Shown piece after piece: positions 26,220-35,456 of a stretch of DNA of 58,797 nt. The translations under genes were made by a program, and so were the position numbers. The notes under the pieces were generated by a model that had not been told where the DNA came from, searched no databases, and was given only the letters and a program-made list of their open reading frames with translations. The number at the start of each line of letters is the position of its first letter. Position 1 is the stretch's first letter. Source of the DNA: a virus (taxonomy: Duplodnaviria; Caudoviricetes); the IMG/VR virus record IMGVR_UViG_3300018420_000021, positions 1-58,797 of that record. The stretch is one strand, 5' to 3'.

Positions 26220-27021
26220 TATCGTGATCTTCGTGGGAGCGGCCCATGCTGATAATATAATTAGTATTGGACAGATCGGCGATAACGTTACGTTAGAATT
26301 AGTTCAAGATGGTAGTAGAAACACTATTACGGGTTTAACCACTACAAGCAAGTTGGATGGCGACAATATGGATGTGTCAATCAAACAATATGGTAACGAT
26401 CACGTCGCGAAGGGTAACGTAGACGGATATGATAATACTCTAAATTCTTATCAGGGCAATGGTCAAGATAATAACACAACCCATGCTGAAGTTATAGGTG
26501 ATTATAATAGTTTAGACGTGCGTCAAGGTAAACACATGGACGGTACAACTGATGATGATGAAACTGGCGACCATGAGGCTTATTGGACTGTAACAGGAGA
26601 TAGTAACACTCTTGTAAGCGCACAAACTGATGTAAACAGAGGTGGAGGCGGCGGCGCCGGTCATTACCTAAATAACACAATTACAGGCGACAGTAATATA
26701 TTAAACCATACTCAAATGGGCAAAGCAGGACATACAGGTTATGTTGATATATCAGGCAGTTCAAATACTGTTGACTTATATCAGAGAGGAAACGGCGGTC
26801 AAAAGACAGCTGATATAGATTTAAGTGGTGACGGTCATTCAGTTGATATAAGTCAACGAGGGAGTAACAGTGCTAGTGCTACTGTTGATCTTACAAATGG
26901 CGGAGGTGGGTATGATTTTACCCTTTCACAAGATGTTACTACAAGTCCTGCAAGTTATAGCTTGACAGGTACATGTGTAACAATATCTGGATGTACAGTA
27001 TCAGTAAATCAAAGCAATTGA
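26188..27021 (+). CDS. Second curlin-repeat protein
   Basis: Signal peptide; Q.G..N / GDSN repeats; C-terminal C...GC.VSVNQ. Confidence 0.7.
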   Translation: MILKFLLLKISIVIFVGAAHADNIISIGQIGDNVTLELVQDGSRNTITGLTTTSKLDGDNMDVSIKQYGNDHVAKGNVDGYDNTLNSYQGNGQDNNTTHAEVIGDYNSLDVRQGKHMDGTTDDDETGDHEAYWTVTGDSNTLVSAQTDVNRGGGGGAGHYLNNTITGDSNILNHTQMGKAGHTGYVDISGSSNTVDLYQRGNGGQKTADIDLSGDGHSVDISQRGSNSASATVDLTNGGGGYDFTLSQDVTTSPASYSLTGTCVTISGCTVSVNQSN

Positions 27022-27035
27022 TTGAGGAGGAATCA

Positions 27036-27251
27036 ATGAGTGGAGAATTTAATCAAGACAACTATTATACAGAGAATTATAAAAAAATAATGTTATGCCT
27101 AGGACTTTTTGTGGTATTGGCATGTGCTTATGTAACATTTCTCTATTTTGAATATAGAGTAGAAAATGCTCTCTGGGAAACAGTTTTTATTAGCCCAACA
27201 CATTTTTGGAATCAGGTTCCGGTTTGGGAATGGAAATCTGTATTCAACTAA
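27036..27251 (+). CDS. Small single-TM protein
   Basis: GAGGAGG RBS; one hydrophobic helix. Confidence 0.65.
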   Translation: MSGEFNQDNYYTENYKKIMLCLGLFVVLACAYVTFLYFEYRVENALWETVFISPTHFWNQVPVWEWKSVFN

Positions 27252-27260
27252 ATATGTGTG

Positions 27261-29333
27261 ATGGGAAAACTTCTAACTAGCACATGGGTTGCATTGTTAA
27301 CTCTATTAATCTTAGTAACACTTCGTGTCTGGGATCCTACACCTGTTGAAACACTGAGATTAAAAGGCTTTGATTATCTTCAAAGCACAGAACAAAAATC
27401 ACAAAGCAAAGATATTGTACTACTAGACATTGGTGAACCCAGTCTAGAGGCATTTGGTCAGTGGCCCTGGCCCAGAGATTATTTTGCAAACATAATGATG
27501 AAGTTGCGTGAGAACGGCGCACAACTTATTACGTTTGTAGTATTTTTTCCAGAACAAGATCGCATGGGCCAAGATCAGGTATTTGCAGATATACTAGCAC
27601 AAGATCCATACACCATGCTAGCACAAACAGCAACGGATCGTGCGCTCAAAACTCATGGTAAACACATTGCCGCAAATTGGATAGGCGACGATCCCAAACC
27701 TTGGTTATACAACTGGCCCGGTCTAGTAAAGAACATTGACTTATTAGAAAATGCTGCCAAAGGTGTTGGTATGGTTGCAGTAGCACCTGAAGTAGATAAT
27801 CTTGTTAGACGTTTGCCATTGGTGGTAAGAATTGCAGATCAAATATATCCTAACCTTGCTATTGAGTTTATACGTGTAGCTACAGGTGATCCTGGTTACC
27901 AGATTAAAACAGGCCCTAGTGGTGTTCAGGCGGTTAGAGTGCCTGGATTTAATATTGTTAAAACTGATCCTCATAGTAGAATGTGGATTGACTACAACAA
28001 AACATTTGATAGAGTTGAAGTATCCGACGAAGACTGGAGCAGAGTTAATGGCAAGCATGTGTTCATTGGAACTACAGCCGCTGGACTTGCTAACTTTATT
28101 AGTACTCCAAATGGTCTTGTATATCCACATGAAATACAAGCGAGCTTAGTTCAAACAATCCTAGATGGAACCTTTATACAACGACAAGACTTTATGAACA
28201 CACTGGAAGCAATAGTGTTTGCGGTGTTTGGTGTTATACTCTTGTTGGTTGTACCTCGTACAAGTGTCTTACTCACAGTACCGGTATTAGTATTATATCT
28301 AGGTGGTGTAGCAGGATATACTTGGTACGAATGGACAGGCAGTAAAAATCTAGTAGATGCTACATTCCCAATGGCGGCAGGCTTTTTACTATTTGCTCAT
28401 CTCATATACAATAACTTTGCAAGAGAATTCCGTCAGAAGATGGAGATTAAAAAGCAGTTTGCAGGATACTGTTCACCCGAAGTTGTTAAAATATTACAGA
28501 CAAATCCAGACCTAATCAAGAAAGGCGTAAAGAAAGATGTAAGTGTTATGTTTAGTGACTTGCGTGGCTTTACTCCTATTGGTGAACACTATGGCAATGA
28601 TGTCAAAGGACTAGGCGATTATATGAATGGGTACATGGATTCAATTACTAAACCTATTCTTGATAAAAACGGTATGGTTATCAAATATGTTGGTGACGCT
28701 AGTATGCACATTCATGGTGCTCCTATAGACGATCCTAATCATGCTCATACTTGTGTGGGCGTAGGACTACAAATGATCGATGCTGTTGAAAAATATAGTG
28801 CAGAAATGCAAGCAAAAGGATTACCCAAAGCAGAGATGGGTTTTGGTATTAACACTGGTGAAGGCTTTATTGGTGAAATGGGATCTAGTGCCAGACACAG
28901 TTATGACATACTAGGCGATATGGTTAGCACAGCCGCACGTTTAGAAGCACGTTGTAAAGCATATGGTGTATTGTGTATTATTGGTGCAGAAACATACAAG
29001 CGTACAAGTAACGACTTTTTCTACTTGTTTTTAGATAATCTACAACCCAAAGGCAAAAGCACTCCGGACTTTATCTATACAGCGTTAAGCACATCAGAGT
29101 ATATGCTGAAAAACACAAACTGGTGTGTTGCAGAAAATCAACACAACAAGATGCATGAATACTATAAAAACCAACAGTTTGATCATGCTATTAGATTGTG
29201 TAATGCTTTACGTGGTGAGTTCAATGGTAAGATGGACAAGTATTATGACATCTGGATTGAACGCTGTGAACTAATGAAGACTCAGGACCTGCCTAAAGAC
29301 TGGAATGGCGCATTTGTTGCGACCGAGAAATAA
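27261..29333 (+). CDS. CHASE2-domain class III adenylate/guanylate cyclase
   Basis: GQWPWPR CHASE2 motif, three TMs, FSDLRGFT, KYVGDA, GINTG, LGDMVSTAARLE, TPR-like tail. Confidence 0.93.
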   Translation: MGKLLTSTWVALLTLLILVTLRVWDPTPVETLRLKGFDYLQSTEQKSQSKDIVLLDIGEPSLEAFGQWPWPRDYFANIMMKLRENGAQLITFVVFFPEQDRMGQDQVFADILAQDPYTMLAQTATDRALKTHGKHIAANWIGDDPKPWLYNWPGLVKNIDLLENAAKGVGMVAVAPEVDNLVRRLPLVVRIADQIYPNLAIEFIRVATGDPGYQIKTGPSGVQAVRVPGFNIVKTDPHSRMWIDYNKTFDRVEVSDEDWSRVNGKHVFIGTTAAGLANFISTPNGLVYPHEIQASLVQTILDGTFIQRQDFMNTLEAIVFAVFGVILLLVVPRTSVLLTVPVLVLYLGGVAGYTWYEWTGSKNLVDATFPMAAGFLLFAHLIYNNFAREFRQKMEIKKQFAGYCSPEVVKILQTNPDLIKKGVKKDVSVMFSDLRGFTPIGEHYGNDVKGLGDYMNGYMDSITKPILDKNGMVIKYVGDASMHIHGAPIDDPNHAHTCVGVGLQMIDAVEKYSAEMQAKGLPKAEMGFGINTGEGFIGEMGSSARHSYDILGDMVSTAARLEARCKAYGVLCIIGAETYKRTSNDFFYLFLDNLQPKGKSTPDFIYTALSTSEYMLKNTNWCVAENQHNKMHEYYKNQQFDHAIRLCNALRGEFNGKMDKYYDIWIERCELMKTQDLPKDWNGAFVATEK

Positions 29334-29336
29334 TAA

Positions 29337-29489
29337 CTATATAGCTAGTCCAAAAAACATTCCAAACCATAACCCTACAACTAATCCTCCACAAAGTGCA
29401 ACAATTATATCCACACCTTTGTATTGATAAGGAAATTGTTTTTTAATCTGATCCCATTGTCTTTTTTCTGCTTCGTTTAGATACCTCAT
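29337..29489 (-). CDS. Small membrane protein (MRYLNEAEKRQW..., 50 aa)
   Basis: Hand-translated; C-terminal TM; AAGG RBS. Confidence 0.5.
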   Translation of the reverse strand: MRYLNEAEKRQWDQIKKQFPYQYKGVDIIVALCGGLVVGLWFGMFFGLAI

Positions 29490-29757
29490 CCTTTTCCTCC
29501 TTAAGGTAATCGATTTTGTGTAATTTTTGTTTTTCTTGATATTCTAATATCATATTCAATTTTTGGTTTAGACGTATTAGATCATTGTCTAACATTCTTA
29601 CTCTGTCAATCAATCCAATAAGAGTTTTGTTTGCATCGCCAATAATAGGCTTGACCACAGAGGTGCTCCATTGCCAGACATAATACACAAAATATCCTAG
29701 ACCAACGGCAGCAATAATAGGAAAACCGAAGTCTTTAATCAGTTGTGCTACGTCCAT
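29443..29757 (-). CDS. Small membrane/coiled-coil protein (GFPI motif), paralogue of 29967-30245
   Basis: GFPIIAAVGLGYFVY ... LIDRVRMLDNDLIRL. Confidence 0.75.
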   Translation of the reverse strand: MDVAQLIKDFGFPIIAAVGLGYFVYYVWQWSTSVVKPIIGDANKTLIGLIDRVRMLDNDLIRLNQKLNMILEYQEKQKLHKIDYLKEEKDEVSKRSRKKTMGSD

Positions 29758-29963
29758 GACACTTCATCGACTAGTTTTTTAAGACCGTCTGTCTTTCTTA
29801 ACACTCCGTTTTTGTCAACTACAAATACGTCACCGGGTCTATAAAGACAAGTTTCTTTTTGTGTTCCATCTTTTTTGATGCCCATTACTTCTCCGGGCCA
29901 GTCTCCACTCACTGTGAAACTTCCATCTGGAAAACTTTCGATATTATAATCCATCCACAACAT
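29748..29963 (-). CDS. Small hypothetical protein
   Basis: 71 aa between the GFPI paralogues; GGAGAG RBS. Confidence 0.65.
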   Translation of the reverse strand: MLWMDYNIESFPDGSFTVSGDWPGEVMGIKKDGTQKETCLYRPGDVFVVDKNGVLRKTDGLKKLVDEVSWT

Positions 29964-29966
29964 AAA

Positions 29967-30245
29967 TTAATCTCTCCTTGCGTCGTTTTTGCCATCTGCT
30001 CGTGCAATGCGATCTATATCAGGTCGCACTCCGAAAGCATTACTCATTTGAGTGTCAATACGAATCACGTCGTGATTCATAGTTTGAACACGATTGTCTA
30101 AGGAACCAATGATATTTTTCATACCATTGATACTACCTTCAACAGAACTTAAAATAAATTTTACTGATAAAAATACAAAATAGCCTGCGCCACATGCCGA
30201 GGCGATGGGAAAACCCACTTCGGCTATTAACCCGAAGATTTCCAT
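29967..30245 (-). CDS. Small membrane/coiled-coil protein (GFPI motif)
   Basis: GFPIASACGAGYFVF ... LDNRVQTMNHDVIRI; AGGAGG RBS; CTAAATA late promoter. Confidence 0.75.
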   Translation of the reverse strand: MEIFGLIAEVGFPIASACGAGYFVFLSVKFILSSVEGSINGMKNIIGSLDNRVQTMNHDVIRIDTQMSNAFGVRPDIDRIARADGKNDARRD

Positions 30246-30283
30246 ATCTTCGCCCTCCTAACTCTTGCTCCAACAGTATTTAG

Positions 30284-30637
30284 TTAAACAAGTAGTATAA
30301 TTAAGTAGTAGGTGAGATAGTGTAGAATCTGATCAACAGTGGTCAGCCACCACCATTGTTTGCTCTGAGGTACGATTTTTAGATGCTTTACTGCACTGCT
30401 CTTTATAAAATCTATCTGCCAATGAGCTAGCCAATCTAATATACCTGCAATGATTGCAGTAATTGGACCTGTAAAAAAAATAAACGCAACAAAGGTGCCA
30501 ATACCGTGTGGAATATAATGGTATTGGGCTCGTTTACTGCGATAATTGGCTTTAAATAACTGTCCTTGATGCCTCTGCAAGCCTATGTCTACAACTGCAT
30601 GTTTGAGGAGAAGAAACAGTAATAATGTCAGTTCCAT
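30284..30637 (-). CDS. DUF3307-like membrane protein
   Basis: KH..VD..LQ, H..H, HWQIDFIK, DQILH motifs. Confidence 0.75.
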   Translation of the reverse strand: MELTLLLFLLLKHAVVDIGLQRHQGQLFKANYRSKRAQYHYIPHGIGTFVAFIFFTGPITAIIAGILDWLAHWQIDFIKSSAVKHLKIVPQSKQWWWLTTVDQILHYLTYYLIILLV

Positions 30638-30711
30638 ACTGATATTTAGCGGCATAAGTATTATTACACACAAATACCACACTGATTCGTTTGTTACAAA
30701 TGAGAGGGATC

Positions 30712-31137
30712 ATGAAGTATTGGGTAGAATACATCAAAGCTGGATATGAGCTAGTTATGGAAGCTGAACATATCACAGATATAATGCTAGAACAAGAAGT
30801 TGAACGGCATTTAGTAGAAATGTTTGCTCGCAGTATTGATCGTACAGATATAGGCGATACTCCTGTAGGTGTTGAACTTAAAAGAGCTGTTGCATATCGT
30901 GATCGCAATGGCATACTTAAAATAGCAGACGAATGTTTGCTAATACACAGTTATCCACTACGTAAAAAACGTTGGCCCACTGAGACCTACTATTTGGATC
31001 TAGGTCTAATAGGATACAACTATGCTGAACACGAGCATATGCGTGAACGTGATAACTTTGTAAGTGCCAGTGACATACTCAAGTTTATGTTTACAAGATC
31101 ACTGAGACCGAATCCAAAAAATATTCTTGTTGTGTAA
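30712..31137 (+). CDS. Hypothetical protein
   Basis: GAGGG RBS; 141 aa. Confidence 0.7.
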   Translation: MKYWVEYIKAGYELVMEAEHITDIMLEQEVERHLVEMFARSIDRTDIGDTPVGVELKRAVAYRDRNGILKIADECLLIHSYPLRKKRWPTETYYLDLGLIGYNYAEHEHMRERDNFVSASDILKFMFTRSLRPNPKNILVV

Positions 31138-31164
31138 TATTCACGTATAAGTATTCTTGTGAAT

Positions 31165-31240
<76 letters not shown>

Positions 31241-31259
31241 TTTACTGAAAGGGAATAGA

Positions 31260-31448
31260 ATGGAAGTTATTTGGCAAATTCTATTAACAGTGTGTTTAGG
31301 ATCTACCTGTCTTGATCAGGATATCCAACATTTTGATACAAAATTAGAATGTGATAAAACACTTGAACTGTATTTAGAATTACCATCTGACGGAGATTGG
31401 GATACTGTAGAGTATCAATGCAAACCAATTAATTCTGTTTCAATATAA
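31260..31448 (+). CDS. Small Cys-containing secreted-type protein
   Basis: 62 aa; hydrophobic N-terminus, four Cys. Confidence 0.65.
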   Translation: MEVIWQILLTVCLGSTCLDQDIQHFDTKLECDKTLELYLELPSDGDWDTVEYQCKPINSVSI

Positions 31449-31451
31449 ATG

Positions 31452-31536
31452 GCCCATGTGGTGGAATTGGTAGACACGCAGGTTTTAGGTACCTGTGCTT
31501 CACAGCGTGGGGGTTCGAGTCCCTCCATGGGCACCA
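31452..31536 (+). tRNA. tRNA-Leu(TAG)
   Basis: Cloverleaf with variable arm, loop TTTAGGT, CCA end. Confidence 0.93.
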
Positions 31537-31548
31537 ACCAACAATCAA

Positions 31549-31624
31549 GGGGAATTAGCTCAGCTGGGAGAGCGCCTGATTTGCATTCAGGAGGTCAGCG
31601 GTTCGATCCCGCTATTCTCCACCA
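31549..31624 (+). tRNA. tRNA-Ala(TGC)
   Basis: Cloverleaf, G3:U70, loop TTTGCAT, CCA end. Confidence 0.95.
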
Positions 31625-31645
31625 TTTTTATATACGGAGCGTTTT

Positions 31646-32284
31646 ATGAGATTGCTGGTGTCGGGTTGTAGTGTAACTCACGGTGCTGAACTTGACAACG
31701 GCTTTATAAGCAAACGCAATATAGAACTATCCTATAGTCAACACCTGGCTGATTGCTTAGGTTTTGAAAATACCAATGTTGCTATGTCTGCTGGTAACAA
31801 TGCATATATCTTCAACTCTCTATTAGAAAACATATACAAGTATAACGATATACATTCAGTCATAGCTATGTGGACTACTCCTTATCGTTTTTATCATCGC
31901 CATAATTCGAGACATTTTTTAATACGTGGAAATTTTGTTGCCAGTTTCGAAAACCTAGAAGATGCTGATAAAATAAAATTTACCAAACGTGGTTGCCGTT
32001 ACACAGGTGACAATCAAGAAGTACTAGATAAACTATCCAAGCACCATGAGTTTTTTGTTGACTATGGGTTTGATGAACACAATCATAGCAAAACACTACA
32101 AGTATACAAAAAAGCATTGCAGGATATTTGCAATCAGCGTGATCTAAGGTTCATAGATTTATCTTGGCATATCGAACCATTAAAGGCTGCTTTGACAGGA
32201 AAAGAAATACGTCATCCAACTGCACAAGAACACAAAGAAGTAGCTGATTGGATTTACAACAAATACTATAAAGATTTTGCTTGA
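31646..32284 (+). CDS. SGNH hydrolase-like protein
   Basis: GCSVT.G, N.A....N, WT...R, HP....H. Confidence 0.65.
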   Translation: MRLLVSGCSVTHGAELDNGFISKRNIELSYSQHLADCLGFENTNVAMSAGNNAYIFNSLLENIYKYNDIHSVIAMWTTPYRFYHRHNSRHFLIRGNFVASFENLEDADKIKFTKRGCRYTGDNQEVLDKLSKHHEFFVDYGFDEHNHSKTLQVYKKALQDICNQRDLRFIDLSWHIEPLKAALTGKEIRHPTAQEHKEVADWIYNKYYKDFA

Positions 32285-32319
32285 CAAACTTCTTTTTTAT
32301 GTTATATTAAGTATATTGA

Positions 32320-32393
32320 ATCGGTAAAGTGTTACGGTAGCACGACAGTCTCCAAAACTGTAAGCCGGGGTTCGACTCCCTGTACCGATGCCA
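32320..32393 (+). tRNA. tRNA-Trp(CCA)
   Basis: Acceptor ATCGGTA/TACCGAT, loop CTCCAAA, CCA end; TTGACA promoter at 32281. Confidence 0.9.
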
Positions 32394-32400
32394 ACCTAAT

Positions 32401-32477
32401 GCACCAGTAGCTCAGCTGGATAGAGCATCGGTCTACGAAACCGAGGGTCGGAGGTTCGAATCCTTCCTGGTGCACCA
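32401..32477 (+). tRNA. tRNA-Arg(ACG)
   Basis: Cloverleaf, loop CTACGAA, CCA end. Confidence 0.95.
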
Positions 32478-32523
32478 AAAATTTATTTGAACTCTTGACA
32501 AAACAAAGCCTATATACTATACT

Positions 32524-33357
32524 ATGAATATGAAAGCACTTGTAATAGGTTTAGGAATGGGACGACAGTATTGTAGCTGGTTTTATCAGCTGGGCTACGA
32601 TGTAACAACTGTTGATGCTGATCCTAATAAGCAGGCAAAATATCTATCAGTACAAGATGCACTTGTACAGATGTATGATATAGTGTATATCGGCACACCA
32701 AACTATACACACGAACCTATTGCACATGTGGTTGCGGACCATGCACATATTGTACTAGTAGAAAAGCCTGGGTTAGCAGATGCTGACAGTTGGCAAAAAC
32801 TAGTAGACAAGTTTCCAAAAACACGTTTCGTAATGGTCAAGAACAATCAGCACAGATCAGAAATGCCTGGCTTTGCTAAACTAGCGGCAATGGCAGAAGG
32901 TGGCAAAATTGTTTGGAGCAGACGAGACGGAATCCCACAAGGTGCATGGTTCCTAAATCCAAAACAAGCATTTGGTGGTGTGAGTAGAGATCTAATGCCA
33001 CACCTACTTAGTATATACTATAACCTAAATATAATTAAAGAGTCACGTAGTTATAAAACATTGGAAGATAATAGCAATGTAGGTATTGACACATTCTGTG
33101 AAATACAATATGGTACATGGAGATTGATTGCGTGTTGGCAAAATCACAGTAAAGATGAATTTTATATTGAATTTATAATAAATGGCAAAGCGATTCGCTT
33201 TGATATAGGCGATGCATTTACAGCATTTGGTGGTTGTCCCAGTGGACCATATATGAGTATGATTAACACCCTACAAGAAAATATCAATAACAATGAGTAT
33301 TGGTTACACGAAAACGGAGTAGACTTATGGATACATCAGCAACTAGAATCCTTGTAA
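32524..33357 (+). CDS. Gfo/Idh/MocA-family oxidoreductase
   Basis: IGLGMG Rossmann motif, TPN..H, LVEKP, GG...DL.PH. Confidence 0.85.
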   Translation: MNMKALVIGLGMGRQYCSWFYQLGYDVTTVDADPNKQAKYLSVQDALVQMYDIVYIGTPNYTHEPIAHVVADHAHIVLVEKPGLADADSWQKLVDKFPKTRFVMVKNNQHRSEMPGFAKLAAMAEGGKIVWSRRDGIPQGAWFLNPKQAFGGVSRDLMPHLLSIYYNLNIIKESRSYKTLEDNSNVGIDTFCEIQYGTWRLIACWQNHSKDEFYIEFIINGKAIRFDIGDAFTAFGGCPSGPYMSMINTLQENINNNEYWLHENGVDLWIHQQLESL

Positions 33358-34247
33358 CAGAAGGCACTGGTAACTTTAAAGAAAGTACCTATTATCCTAG
33401 TACTCTAAAGGCTAAAGAGGTGCGTGTGCGTAGTAGAATGACTGGCGTGTGTCGCAGTGACATCGATATGATGACAGGAGATTTTCCGTTACTAGCAAAA
33501 GAAATGATGGGTCACGAAGGTTTAGGAGAAGTTGTTGAAGTAGGTAGTGCTGTCGACGATGTTGTGATAGGCGACTATGTTGCTACTCGTGGTGAGCCTG
33601 CATACGCAGATGAATACAATGCTCAACATTATGTAAAAGTACCTGAACTTAATCCACGCTATATTATAGAACCTGTTGCTTGTGCAATTAACGTTGGCAA
33701 TTCAATTGGCTTAGGTAGTACAGTTATTATTGGTACAGGTTTTTTAGCTACAGTTCTAGCCCAATGGCTAATTCAGCCACAAGGATCAATTATTGACAAT
33801 ACACTAAATGAACGTCATTTTCCAGATATGGTGGGCAACAGTAACATTGATATATTATCAGATTGGGACATCCATCCGTTTGAAACTATTGACGAACTTG
33901 TAGATACTTACGACAACGTAGTAGTACTAAAGCCTATCAATTGGCTGACTGCTATCAACCTCGTGAATGAAAATGGACGTTTGATTATTGGCTCACCTTT
34001 AATACGTTCTTCTATTGATTTCAGTGAAGCACTTTGGAAAAACATCAGTATACATTGCCCAAGTCCGCGTGATACTAAATTCGATGTCTGTATGCATCAA
34101 GCAGTTGATATGATTGAACACGGAGAATTAGAGGTTGACACGTTTTGGACTAGAGGCTATAATAGAGAAACAGAATGGAAACAGGCGTTTGCTGATGGAG
34201 CAAACCGTCCGGAACATTATTCAAGAGGATATATCGAATGGGACTAA
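33327..34247 (+). CDS. Zinc-binding (MDR) alcohol/sugar dehydrogenase-like protein
   Basis: GVCRSD, GHEGLGEVVEVG, EPVACA, IGTGFL. Confidence 0.85.
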   Translation: MDTSATRILVTEGTGNFKESTYYPSTLKAKEVRVRSRMTGVCRSDIDMMTGDFPLLAKEMMGHEGLGEVVEVGSAVDDVVIGDYVATRGEPAYADEYNAQHYVKVPELNPRYIIEPVACAINVGNSIGLGSTVIIGTGFLATVLAQWLIQPQGSIIDNTLNERHFPDMVGNSNIDILSDWDIHPFETIDELVDTYDNVVVLKPINWLTAINLVNENGRLIIGSPLIRSSIDFSEALWKNISIHCPSPRDTKFDVCMHQAVDMIEHGELEVDTFWTRGYNRETEWKQAFADGANRPEHYSRGYIEWD

Positions 34248-34744
34248 ACACTGAAGAACGTCAAGACGTTGTTTATTTTACGGGGTATGAAGTGGAACAC
34301 ACAATCTGTCACGGCAAGCTAACACTGTTTGTAGTTGGTACTCCTCCACTGGATGAGATCCTTGCCAAAGTAGAAGAAACAGGTGCAGACCATGTATATT
34401 TTGGGACCAGTCAAAGTTATCATCCCTCAGACGACAACTATGATCTATGGGATAGGATTATCCTAGGCTGTTTGGATGAAGACCTTTGGGTTACACTAGA
34501 CTTTGATGTGCGCTACACAGACATAGTACACGAGTCAGGATACAATGAACACAATCGCTTTGTACCAATGATTAGTGTTAAACTTCCTTACATTGGGTTG
34601 TTTAACTATAACGCAACGCTAAAGTTAGATGACACAACTTGGGGAAAGACCAATCCAGGTGTGTGGACACATTCGTTGTATAACCTAATGAAGAAAGAAA
34701 ACTTTACTCATTGGGATCAATATGTTCAAGACGACCCTGTTTAA
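34238..34744 (+). CDS. Conserved hypothetical phage protein
   Basis: 168-aa ORF overlapping the previous stop. Confidence 0.75.
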   Translation: MGLNTEERQDVVYFTGYEVEHTICHGKLTLFVVGTPPLDEILAKVEETGADHVYFGTSQSYHPSDDNYDLWDRIILGCLDEDLWVTLDFDVRYTDIVHESGYNEHNRFVPMISVKLPYIGLFNYNATLKLDDTTWGKTNPGVWTHSLYNLMKKENFTHWDQYVQDDPV

Positions 34745-34761
34745 GACTATATATTATTAAT

Positions 34762-34836
34762 GCGGGTGTAGCTCAGTGGTAGAGCATCTCGTTGCCAACG
34801 AGAATGTCGAGAGTTCGAATCTCTTCACCCGCTCCA
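34762..34836 (+). tRNA. tRNA-Gly(GCC)
   Basis: Cloverleaf, loop TTGCCAA, TCCA end. Confidence 0.95.
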
Positions 34837-35421
34837 TTTCAACCAAAACTTAATACCATATCTTTTGTGTTCGCTATAATTGGTAATACAATGTAGCGAA
34901 CGTTCGTTGTTCATGGTCATCCAACCTACTTGATATCCTGTGGGTATAACAATGTTATAGGTTTGGTCCCAATTTTTGAACACAGTGCTTCTGTTAGGTT
35001 GATCACCATCCATAAAATAAAACAGTCCATGACAGATCATTTTATCCAATGGACCGTCATAGTGCATGCCTCCTATACCAAAATGTTCGCTTACTAGATA
35101 ATAGTTTGAGTTGATTGAAGTTTTTTCGTCCAGCTCTTGCTTGGTATAAGCAGGCTCGCCAGCAAAAAGTTGATTTCTTAATACAATGTCGAGCAATTGA
35201 CTTTTTAGACTTAAAATTTTGTCTAGGTATGCACATAGTATTTCGTCACTAGGATGAGGATTGTAGTCTCCTATATAAGCGGTTTCACTGTCGTGACTTA
35301 GTTTCCAAAGTGGTAAACTAATTGATTCTAACAGTGGTAAAACGTCTCCGCTAAATGATGGAGTATCGTGTAGTTTCAGTATATAGAGATGTTTATCAAT
35401 TTCGTTGTGTATCAACTTCAT
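34825..35421 (-). CDS. Putative 2OG-Fe(II) oxygenase
   Basis: HYD ... LH ... R motif order; TATAAATA at 35427-35434 (-). Confidence 0.6.
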   Translation of the reverse strand: MKLIHNEIDKHLYILKLHDTPSFSGDVLPLLESISLPLWKLSHDSETAYIGDYNPHPSDEILCAYLDKILSLKSQLLDIVLRNQLFAGEPAYTKQELDEKTSINSNYYLVSEHFGIGGMHYDGPLDKMICHGLFYFMDGDQPNRSTVFKNWDQTYNIVIPTGYQVGWMTMNNERSLHCITNYSEHKRYGIKFWLKWSG

Positions 35422-35456
35422 AATAATATTTATAAGTATAGCTTAGTGAGGAATCG

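Noticed and set aside
31449-31649. 66-aa ORF in track
   Set aside because: It is a read-through of tRNA-Leu(TAG) and tRNA-Ala(TGC)
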